From: Candidatus Altimarinota bacterium
GTDB taxonomy: Bacteria; Patescibacteriota; Gracilibacteria; CAIRYL01; GCA-016699755
Direction: 5' to 3'
Assembly (NCBI GenBank): GCA_963664295.1
Contig: OY760935.1
Span: 973,604-1,037,603, forward strand
DNA: 64,000 nucleotides
The notes beneath the pieces were generated by a model, which searched no databases, was not told the DNA's origin, and saw only the letters and a list, made by a program, of their open reading frames with translations. Below, piece after piece: positions 38,301 through 45,547 of this stretch (position 1 is the stretch's first letter; each line of letters opens with the position of its first letter). The position numbers and the translations under genes are program-made.

Positions 38301-39494
38301 GAATTATCAGCCGGAGTGCGAGCTAAAGGTTGGCAAGCAGGTGTACAGACCAGACACACAGATATTCAAGACAGCATTAAGGCTAACTTGGGGATTAATC
38401 TTACTGAAAAAGCTCAACTTAATATTGAAGGTGGAGCAACAAATATAACAGACGATATGGTTATGGAGCCTGATAATTATTATGGTCAAATTGGCGTAAG
38501 CATTCCTTTGGGTGGCTCTAAAGAAAAGTCAGTAAAACCAGTTGTAGCCTCAGCGATAGACAGCTTAAGACAAACAGTTTTTACTCACTTAGGACATATT
38601 GATCCAAAGCCAAAAGCGACTATGGCTATTAAAAAAACAGAAAAAGCAAATGAGGGTCCAGGGGTAATGATTATTGGTGCAAACAGAACGGTTCCAGGAA
38701 AAGCAGAAGAGTACATTGCTTCAGCATATGATTATGAGGGAGACAAGATTGTAAGTTATGATTTTAAAATTGTTAGCTCTACAGGTTTTGATGGTGGCAA
38801 TATCGCTTATTGGCAACATTTTGTAGGTGAGCCACACAAAGTGAGTCTTAAATTCTCAACTCCTGACTCAGGAAATGGTAGTGCTACATTGCAATGTGTT
38901 GTCACTGATGAATATGGTAATTCAACAACAGAAACACTTTTAATTACAATTTCAGAAGGACAAAATCCAAGAAATCCTAGTAGCAACCCAAATGTTAATC
39001 CTAAAGACGACACAGACCCAGGAAACCCTGGTAGTGACCCAAATGTTACTCCAAATGATCCAAGCAACACAGGTGATCCTAGTATTCCACCAGTAACTCC
39101 TGGAGATGGACAAGACACAGAAAATCCTAGCACTCCACCAGTAACTCCTGGAGATGGACAAGACACAGAAAATCCTAGCACTCCACCAGTAGGCCCTGGA
39201 GATGGACAAGACACAGAAAATCCTAGCACTCCACCAGTAGGCCCTGGAGATGGACAAGACACAGAAAATCCTAGCACTCCACCAGTAACTCCTGGAGATG
39301 GACAAGACACAGAAAATCCTAGCACTCCACCAGTAACTCCTGGAGATGGACAAGATTCAGGTGATCCTAGCACTCCACCAGTAACTCCTGGAGATGGACA
39401 AGACACAGAAAATCCTAGCACTCCACCAGTAGGCCCTGGAGATCCAAACGATCCAAATCAACCAACTACACCACCATTTACACCTTTTGAATAA
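35391..39494 (+). CDS. Giant (1367 aa) orphan envelope protein: coiled-coil N-terminus, one TM, two LysM-like repeats, beta-barrel-like Gly/Ala/Tyr-rich segment, Ig/PKD-like domain, Pro/Thr/Gly/Asp tandem-repeat tail
   Basis: A continuous ORF. TM at VAKVAMLTMATLSVNSGII. The repeats are IKEGDTLGQIADKM...IQPGWLV and VKKGDYLFKMLDRM...LEPGWQV. It has alternating-pattern strands (VTLGYEKTS, WKFAGEMGANYYELSAGVRA...) and the segment YDYEGDKIVSYDF...LQCVVTDEYGNSTTETLLITI. The tail is about 7.7 copies of a 16-aa repeat. Confidence 0.65.
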   Translation: MKNTANKRPVDSWESAGTQKKQENLRSIEGGISSEMATAEITVERERAKTSLGVERQLAVLPSLVEDKTASLTDQQKKLAQRYCFVSNKAQESDEKLEQAEARLLEAEQKLTNNSLPAKYQKQVKAELENAQRAYEKAKKAQEKDSERLQKLLNQNGFTTLVSDLDLDNPKNKQAIAGEVNRSNVHKIKAKEGVLSVAMGKLSLATLTPLNAGEIAHAIRYCVPRDKRSRMLNNVYLYNSRALAVCELHEEIHELDKTIIPLQKAMEEVGVNDPKYAEYEDRLVKANKKSEVLNERLLKLLKKGDRLHGAIFSALKKVGVEIEQKEESEASIKASQQGILNSFKGLETKLKAGNVSAKKMEADLQPIMTHLLLLRGVTQNAKDGKLNLKAKEQKAFEILGDKLPIIEDALNSILDTLEESEQAQKTKKGFLSKVKGFLRKPKAKKVAKVAMLTMATLSVNSGIITDAVSDFFSELNDLDLGDSDFAKALQNAFAGLADGLDNIGDSALASESTTLSSGVKAEQIKEGDTLGQIADKMSVDNWQNLQVSEDGGQTWTSAEKINEYAIQPGWLVATDGAQQSAPIISNDYQTETVKKGDYLFKMLDRMPGANSLDDLEISMNGGVSWTRYGDFNNPNYLEPGWQVRTATQNISTQTASFTETHIDPPQNTEQIEVVENSGEIKLRASASVKEANLPQARPQAKEIIRADIGTATKVDSATIIVPGENDDIPGQMERRLDPVNMPQTERTFFNGNVLVGGGVSYFNGQVGSHGEAYAGGDHFAIGAEAGYASDNAYASPSAGYFSDNFDLAVKAMFAKGKLKSALSLPNGDHVFETEHTKTGVGSHLGVNLGSGPVKRAEVTLGYEKTSSEDAGSASFRADNGDLFKYDVKAEGATEKFGKVNLISNPFQLGGGWTANSNVGVLHESLNFDEPTGYKLTDNGEDFTTPVVGASVESSGKTQWKFAGEMGANYYELSAGVRAKGWQAGVQTRHTDIQDSIKANLGINLTEKAQLNIEGGATNITDDMVMEPDNYYGQIGVSIPLGGSKEKSVKPVVASAIDSLRQTVFTHLGHIDPKPKATMAIKKTEKANEGPGVMIIGANRTVPGKAEEYIASAYDYEGDKIVSYDFKIVSSTGFDGGNIAYWQHFVGEPHKVSLKFSTPDSGNGSATLQCVVTDEYGNSTTETLLITISEGQNPRNPSSNPNVNPKDDTDPGNPGSDPNVTPNDPSNTGDPSIPPVTPGDGQDTENPSTPPVTPGDGQDTENPSTPPVGPGDGQDTENPSTPPVGPGDGQDTENPSTPPVTPGDGQDTENPSTPPVTPGDGQDSGDPSTPPVTPGDGQDTENPSTPPVGPGDPNDPNQPTTPPFTPFE
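39071..39443 (+). repeat. 48-bp (16-codon) in-frame tandem repeat, about 7.7 copies, coding STPPV[T/G]PGDGQDTENP
   Basis: Units start at 39087, 39135, 39183, 39231, 39279, 39327, 39375 and 39423 (partial). There are only two variant blocks: GTAACTCCT vs GTAGGCCCT, and GACACAGAAAAT vs GATTCAGGTGAT. Confidence 0.95.
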
Positions 39495-39511
39495 AGAAAA
39501 TAATTTTTTTC

Positions 39512-39540
39512 TTGACAATAACTGAAAAATTACAGAAAAT
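39512..39540 (+). promoter_or_regulatory. Putative promoter of the DUF11/LTD gene (TTGACA-N17-GAAAAT)
   Basis: TTGACA at 39512-39517, a 17-nt spacer and GAAAAT at 39535-39540, 57 nt before ATG 39597. Confidence 0.35.
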
Positions 39541-39596
39541 TAAAACCTTTTCCCAATATTTTCTAAAAAACAATCTTTTAATTTTAATAAGTCACC

Positions 39597-42314
39597 ATGA
39601 AAACAAGCAAATTTTTAGTTAAATTTATAAGCACAGTTAGTGCATTCGCCCTTTTTGCAAGTGTTGCGGTAGCAGATTTTTATCCGCAAACCTCAGGAAC
39701 TGTGCATGGAGACGGCATTACTGCTGTTTCTCATCCTTTTGGATTAACCTATCCCTCTTTTAATAATTATACGGATATTAGTACAACTGGTTTTCAGGAC
39801 TCTCGCAGGTTTTTATTAGTTGCCAAGGATACCTATGATCTTGATGCATACTCTGATTCAGTTAATGTTGATGTTGGTGATACTCTTTATTTTAAAAATT
39901 TTCTCCACAACAATGGTGATCCAGATGAAAACAACACTACTGCAAATGATGTAAAAATTAAAGCTCTAGATTTTTATGAAAATGAAGTGGGTCAATTTGT
40001 GACTGAACCTTTTAACACAATGGATGTGACAAGTGAAATTAGTGCTTCAAATACAGTCCCACTTACTATTGGTGATACTGCAACAGTTAATTCTAATTCA
40101 GGTCCTGTTCGTTTAAGATATTTAGGGCCAATTGTTGCAGGTTGGAATACTTGGGATAGCTTTACTGATGCCAGCTCTCTTTTTGGTAATGGGCTTGCCT
40201 TTGGTGATAGAGATCAAATTGACACTGGCACATTTCGAGGAGGTGCTACAAAGGCAATTATAGTTTATTATTTTGCAAAAGTTGAAAGAGCAGAAGCTGA
40301 CTTAAGTATTACTCGTTCGGCTAGCACAAATCGTGCTGCATTAGGCACTACTATAACTTATACATTGGATTATTATAATGATGGTCCTATTGAAGCAAAA
40401 GACACAGTTATTATTGATGATTACGATCAAAGTTTAGTTAGTGTTGACTCTTTGCCAGCTGGCTGTTTAGATGATGGTGATAAAGTCACTTGTCAAATTA
40501 CAGAAGCAGCAAAGAATCAAGCAGGCTCTGTTGAATATACTGTTATTGCTGATGTGGTTGGCACAGCTGATGCAAGTGCAGAAATTAGCTCTAGCATTGC
40601 GGATCCCGATACCAGTAATAACACTAATAATAGTGGTAGTGTGGAAATTGTAGAGGGAGTAGCAGTTGGCAGTGTGGTTTTTAACGAGATTATGTGGATG
40701 GGTTCTTCTGTGAACGATAATGACGAATGGATTGAGCTTCGTAATACTACTGATCAAGCAATAGATCTTTCAGGTTTTCAAATTACCAGATATTCAAGTG
40801 GAAATGAAATTGTAATGGTTAACATACCTAATGGAAAAACAATTCCTGCGCATGGTTATTTTTTAGTTGCTAATTACAGCAAAACATCTTCTAATTCAGC
40901 ATTAAACGTCACGCCAGACATGGAAGCCCCAGAGGTTTTGCTCGCAAATTCTGACTTACAATTAAAATTGTATGACACATCAAGCAATACACTTGTTGAT
41001 ATTGCAGATGACGCAAGTGGTACTCCTTTTGCTGGCAATGCAGTTGCAAATGCTTCTATGCATAGAAAATGGAACCCTGGAGACGGATCTGATCCTGATA
41101 ATTGGTTTACATCACAGTTAAGTTATGGTTTGGACAACGGAATTGCTGACCTTGCCACCCCTGGCAATACCTCCTCATCATCTGATTATGCTTTTCCTGA
41201 AACTGTTTATTCAAATGGTAGCACTAATTCTGATTGGATTATTTATGACAATAATCCAGCAGGTGCTACTGCTATTTCTGTTGATGGCGTTATCAATTTC
41301 ACAGGCAACATTATGTATAACGGCACAAGATTGTTGCAGGACTTAGATTCGTGGGAGAATGATGGACAAGAGGTGCTTCAGTTTGATATGAAAACTACTC
41401 ATGGTTATTACATTATCGTAAAAACAGATACCAATCAGGGCGAAAAAACCATTGTTTATGGTCATCAAAATTATGATCGTTTAGACACATTCCCTGAACC
41501 AAATTATGGACACATTGGTCTTGGATATTTTACAGCTGATGGCAATTGGAGAACTATTGTTAGGGACTTAGAAGAAGATTTAAAATATATTTATGGTGAT
41601 AGCATTGAGTTGCGCGAAGTTATTTATTTTTCTGCACGCTCTGAAGATATTTATATTGATAATGTAAAACTTCTTAGAGAATTGCCAGAGTTTGTTTATG
41701 AGGACGGCTCTGCGGATGCTGTAAATCGTTGGCAGACAAGCAGTGAACCTTCAGTAAATGGAGTAGTGACTGCTGTGACGGTAGATAATATCTCAGATGG
41801 AGATGGTGACTATGTTCGCCTTGAGGGTAATTATGATCCTAACGATGGCTCACCAGATCGCAACCCTTCTGCTTTGGCAGTATTTAAATTGTTTGCTAAT
41901 GACGGCAATGATCCTTGGTACAAAAATCCATATAATAAAATTTTGAGTTGGAAATGGAGATGGAGAGGAGATCCAACTGATTTACCACATAATGATTTCC
42001 GTTTCAGTGCTCTTATTAGGGTAAATAAAGGTGGTGCGCAAACATATAGATATATTGTTTATATGCCACGTAGCACAAGCAATGCTAGTTATATTCAAAA
42101 AGATAAATATTGCTATATTAACATTGGTGCCCGCGAAACAGCTTGGAGTTTAACTGATTTTGATACTATTACTCGCAACTTAGAAGATGACCTTGAAACA
42201 TGTGCAGGCCTTGGCAATGTTAACTTTGGCGCAACAGGCGACATTGATTATCTTGAGTTAATTCGTTTTCAAGTGAACGGAGTTGGTGACATCGATGATG
42301 TAGTTTTGCAATAA
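39597..42314 (+). CDS. Secreted protein with DUF11-type repeat domain and lamin-tail domain (LTD), large unknown C-terminal region
   Basis: Signal peptide (FALFASVAVA). DLSITRSASTNRAALGTTITYTLDYYNDGPIEAKDTVIIDDY matches the DUF11 'conserved repeat domain'. VVFNEIMWMGSSVNDNDEWIELRNTTDQAIDLSGFQI...GYFLVAN matches the LTD signature. Confidence 0.7.
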   Translation: MKTSKFLVKFISTVSAFALFASVAVADFYPQTSGTVHGDGITAVSHPFGLTYPSFNNYTDISTTGFQDSRRFLLVAKDTYDLDAYSDSVNVDVGDTLYFKNFLHNNGDPDENNTTANDVKIKALDFYENEVGQFVTEPFNTMDVTSEISASNTVPLTIGDTATVNSNSGPVRLRYLGPIVAGWNTWDSFTDASSLFGNGLAFGDRDQIDTGTFRGGATKAIIVYYFAKVERAEADLSITRSASTNRAALGTTITYTLDYYNDGPIEAKDTVIIDDYDQSLVSVDSLPAGCLDDGDKVTCQITEAAKNQAGSVEYTVIADVVGTADASAEISSSIADPDTSNNTNNSGSVEIVEGVAVGSVVFNEIMWMGSSVNDNDEWIELRNTTDQAIDLSGFQITRYSSGNEIVMVNIPNGKTIPAHGYFLVANYSKTSSNSALNVTPDMEAPEVLLANSDLQLKLYDTSSNTLVDIADDASGTPFAGNAVANASMHRKWNPGDGSDPDNWFTSQLSYGLDNGIADLATPGNTSSSSDYAFPETVYSNGSTNSDWIIYDNNPAGATAISVDGVINFTGNIMYNGTRLLQDLDSWENDGQEVLQFDMKTTHGYYIIVKTDTNQGEKTIVYGHQNYDRLDTFPEPNYGHIGLGYFTADGNWRTIVRDLEEDLKYIYGDSIELREVIYFSARSEDIYIDNVKLLRELPEFVYEDGSADAVNRWQTSSEPSVNGVVTAVTVDNISDGDGDYVRLEGNYDPNDGSPDRNPSALAVFKLFANDGNDPWYKNPYNKILSWKWRWRGDPTDLPHNDFRFSALIRVNKGGAQTYRYIVYMPRSTSNASYIQKDKYCYINIGARETAWSLTDFDTITRNLEDDLETCAGLGNVNFGATGDIDYLELIRFQVNGVGDIDDVVLQ

Positions 42315-42335
42315 TTAATTATTAAATTGTAATTT

Positions 42336-42366
42336 AAAAACCCGCTATAAATTTAGCGGGTTTTTG
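42336..42366 (+). terminator. Intrinsic terminator
   Basis: AAAAA, then stem CCCGCTA / TAGCGGG with loop TAAATT, then TTTTTG. It lies directly after the stop at 42314. Confidence 0.8.
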
Positions 42367-42408
42367 TTGCTCTGGCTTTAGCACTAAATTCGTGAGAAAA
42401 TTTTTTGC

Positions 42409-43959
42409 GTGAAAATAATAAAAAGATTATTTAAACCAATGGGAGCTGGTGGAGGCGCTTTTGTTATTGCCCTAGCAAGTGTGCTAAGCTATTTATTTGG
42501 CTTTGTACGCAATTTAATGCTTTTTCATTATTTTGGCGCTAGCCTAAATACAGATAGTTATTATACAGCTTTTTTAATTCCTGATTTTATTTTGAATTTA
42601 TTCATTGCTGGTGCTGTGAGTGGTGTTTTGATGCCTGTTTTTGTAGATACTACAAAAAAATCCAAAGAAGATAGTGAAAAACTAATGAATGCTTTTATTA
42701 GCATAATGAACACAATTGTAATTGCTGTGGCCATTATTGCTTTTTTTCTCGCTCCTTTTTTAATTAAGTCAATTTTTGTTCAACTTGAGCCAGCACAACA
42801 AGAATTAACAATAAAACTAATGCGCATATTGCTTTTATCTCCTGTTTTATTTGGAGTTTCTAATAGCCTTGGCTCGATTTTGATTGCTAAGAAAAAGTTT
42901 TTGTCTTTTGCTCTCTCGCCAATTTTATATAACACAGGAATTTTGTTGGGAATTTATTTTTTAGCAGAAAAATATGGAATTTTTGCCCTAGCGTGGGGAG
43001 CTGTATTTGGTGCCTTTTTGCACATGAGCCTGAGAGTTGTTGATTTTTTCACAACCAATCTTTCCTTGCGTCCTTCTTTTGATTTTAATGCGCCGAATTT
43101 TAAAAAAGTAATTATTTTAGCTATCCCAAAAACTATAGGATTACTTGCTTTTCAGGGTATGTTGTGGAGTGTGAATTGGTTGGGAGGGCTTATGGAAGCG
43201 GGCTCTATTGCTGCATTCAACCTTGCTCGTGATTTGCAAAGCTTTGCAGTTTCTATTTTTGGAATTGCACTTGCTACAGGTGTTTTTCCGTTTTTAGCCG
43301 AGTTTGCGGCTGAAAAAAATGATGAAAAATTTATAAACAGAACAGAAAAAAGCGCCAGACAAATTCTTTTTCTTGCTATGCCTTCTGCCTTCGGTCTTTT
43401 TGTTCTTTCTAAAGAATTAATTGAGCTATTTTTTGTTCACGGTGAATTTGACCAACACGACGCTTTTTTGGCTAATTCTGTTTTATTGCTTATGGCGCTT
43501 GCTATTCCTCTGGAAAGTTTAAATCATTTATTTGCTCGTGCTTTTTTGGCGCGCAAAAACACACTTTTTCCAATGTTTGGTCAAATAATATTTTTTCTTT
43601 CTTTTTCAGTAGGATCATTTTTGTTTTATCAAGAATTAGGTGTTGCCACCTTTGGAATAATGTTTTTGGGTGCGATATTTTTACAACTTTTCTTCTTAAT
43701 AACCAGCTTAAGTTTGCACGAAATTAAGTTCCCGTTTTTAAGGTTTATGCGAAAAGTTTTACCGATTTTGTGTTTAAGTTTTTTAATGATGATTTGTGTT
43801 TATTTTATTAAAAATATTTCTTATTTCTCGTCAGAAATTAACTTTGTCTTATCCGTTGCAGGCGGAGTTTTTGTTTATTTTTTTGGCGCTTTTTTGCTCA
43901 AATTACCAGAGTTGGACAGGGTTTTTATTTATTTAGAAAATAAATTTAAGAAAAAATAA
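42409..43959 (+). CDS. murJ: Lipid II flippase MurJ/MviN
   Basis: 516 aa with about 14 TM helices. The N-terminal pattern (LSYLFGFVRNLMLFHYFGAS...DSYYTAFLIPDFILNLF) is typical of MurJ. GTG start as in the track. Confidence 0.8.
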   Translation: MKIIKRLFKPMGAGGGAFVIALASVLSYLFGFVRNLMLFHYFGASLNTDSYYTAFLIPDFILNLFIAGAVSGVLMPVFVDTTKKSKEDSEKLMNAFISIMNTIVIAVAIIAFFLAPFLIKSIFVQLEPAQQELTIKLMRILLLSPVLFGVSNSLGSILIAKKKFLSFALSPILYNTGILLGIYFLAEKYGIFALAWGAVFGAFLHMSLRVVDFFTTNLSLRPSFDFNAPNFKKVIILAIPKTIGLLAFQGMLWSVNWLGGLMEAGSIAAFNLARDLQSFAVSIFGIALATGVFPFLAEFAAEKNDEKFINRTEKSARQILFLAMPSAFGLFVLSKELIELFFVHGEFDQHDAFLANSVLLLMALAIPLESLNHLFARAFLARKNTLFPMFGQIIFFLSFSVGSFLFYQELGVATFGIMFLGAIFLQLFFLITSLSLHEIKFPFLRFMRKVLPILCLSFLMMICVYFIKNISYFSSEINFVLSVAGGVFVYFFGAFLLKLPELDRVFIYLENKFKKK

Positions 43960-44753
43960 TGAAAAAATTTATTATTTTATTTTTATTAGGAGCTATTTTT
44001 GGATCTTTATTTGTTTATAAAGACAAAATTAGTTTATTTTATGCAAAAAAAGAAATTGAACAAATAAATTCAGAAGAATTTACAGAAATTGAAATAGAAA
44101 AATATAACGAGTTGCAAGAGAAAGAACTCAGCCCAAAAGAGCAGTTGTTGCAATCTTTGCCAGACAATGTTTCAGAAGAAAAATTACTCAAAGTGCCTTT
44201 TGTTTGTCAAAATCCTTTTCAAGATGAAGAGCACTGGAAATACCATGATAATAGTTGTGAAGAGGCAGCAGTTTTGCAGGCAGTTTTATACTTTGACAAC
44301 AAAATAATTGAGCCAAAAGTTGCCCATGAACAACTTTTAGACATGATTAAATGGCAAGAAAAAAACTTTGGCACCCATAAAGATATAAAAAAAGAAGACT
44401 TACGAATTTTTGCTAGAGATTATTTTGGGTTTAATGATGAGCAAGTAGTTTTTTTTGAGAATTCAGACAAAGATTTAATAAAAAAAATAATCACCATGGG
44501 CATACCTATAATTATGCCCACTACTGCAAAGGACTTGCATAATCCTTATTATCAACATCCGGGTTATCACATGCTAACTGTTATTGGTTACACAAAAAAT
44601 CAGGCAATTACCAATGATGTTGGTACAAAAAGAGGAGAAAAATTTCCTTATTCTTGGGAGGTTTTATTGGAAGCAAATGAAACTGCGGGCGGTGGTTTTT
44701 TGATTATTATTCCTAACAATTCTTTTAAAGAATTTTCTTCTGAATTAAATTGA
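43959..44753 (+). CDS. Peptidase C39-like (papain-fold) domain protein, membrane anchored
   Basis: N-terminal TM. VPFVCQNP...HDNSCEEAAVLQAV (catalytic-Cys context) and a later GYHMLTVIGY (His context) resemble the C39_2 family. ATGA-type overlap with the murJ stop. Confidence 0.55.
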   Translation: MKKFIILFLLGAIFGSLFVYKDKISLFYAKKEIEQINSEEFTEIEIEKYNELQEKELSPKEQLLQSLPDNVSEEKLLKVPFVCQNPFQDEEHWKYHDNSCEEAAVLQAVLYFDNKIIEPKVAHEQLLDMIKWQEKNFGTHKDIKKEDLRIFARDYFGFNDEQVVFFENSDKDLIKKIITMGIPIIMPTTAKDLHNPYYQHPGYHMLTVIGYTKNQAITNDVGTKRGEKFPYSWEVLLEANETAGGGFLIIIPNNSFKEFSSELN

Positions 44754-45486
44754 TATAAACACCAAGCATAATAAAACCAACAAAAGATTCAATATTGGTT
44801 AATATTTTGGCAATCACACTTAGTGGTGCTATGTCGCCAAAACCAAGCGTTGTAAAAGTTGTAATTGAAAAATAAAAATAATCATACCAATGGCTGGTTT
44901 CTATGGCTGGTGAAACAAAATTGTCAAAAAATGCGTAAAGTCCTGAAAAAATTAGCACAAAAATAACACTAATTTGTCCCCAGCGCCTAAAGTCTGTTCC
45001 ATAACCTGAGGCAATGGCTAGAAATTTATATCCTAAATATTTTCCATATTGTTTACGAAAAAGATGCATTCTTTTGCGGTAATCCATTTTTTCTGAGTAT
45101 GACCTTTGTTTTCCTTCTGGAAAATTTTTTTTCGCATAAATTATTTCTAATGACGAAAAATACCTCTCCATCATTTGATAAAAAACATCTAATTGCATTT
45201 TTACTACTTCGGTTTTTTCAGAATTTTTTAAGTTTTCTTTGTATTTTTCTTCTTGTTTTTTGAAGTTTTCAGACATTTTGCGATAATAGTATTTTGCTAT
45301 GTCTTTTTCAAAAAGCATATGCCCTCTAAGCATTATTCTTAGTAAATAATAAAAATGTACACCTAATTCTTCGTAATTATTTTTATCAATACTTGTTAAG
45401 CTTTCTTTTATGGAGCGCGAAGCTTTTTCAAGGTCTTCAGAGACCTCAAATTTTTCAATGTAGTCAATTGCTTCCTGTATTTTCAT
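44725..45486 (-). CDS. Two-TM potassium channel with N-terminal cytoplasmic helical domain
   Basis: Selectivity filter TTLGFGDI lies between two TM helices at the C-terminus. The 3' end overlaps the convergent upstream gene by 29 nt. Confidence 0.75.
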   Translation of the reverse strand: MKIQEAIDYIEKFEVSEDLEKASRSIKESLTSIDKNNYEELGVHFYYLLRIMLRGHMLFEKDIAKYYYRKMSENFKKQEEKYKENLKNSEKTEVVKMQLDVFYQMMERYFSSLEIIYAKKNFPEGKQRSYSEKMDYRKRMHLFRKQYGKYLGYKFLAIASGYGTDFRRWGQISVIFVLIFSGLYAFFDNFVSPAIETSHWYDYFYFSITTFTTLGFGDIAPLSVIAKILTNIESFVGFIMLGVYINLIQKKIL

Positions 45487-45547
45487 TTTTTTATTTTTGT
45501 TTCTTTATATTATGCCTTAAAAAAGCCAAAATATCAAGAAAATAAAC

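Noticed and set aside
38807-39421. Antisense repetitive ORFs 38807..39421 and 38952..39353 (and other antisense ORFs inside the 35391-39494 gene)
   Set aside because: They are the mirror image of the 48-bp coding repeat. The sense-strand ORF is 1367 codons long and continuous, so the antisense frames stay open only because of repeat composition.
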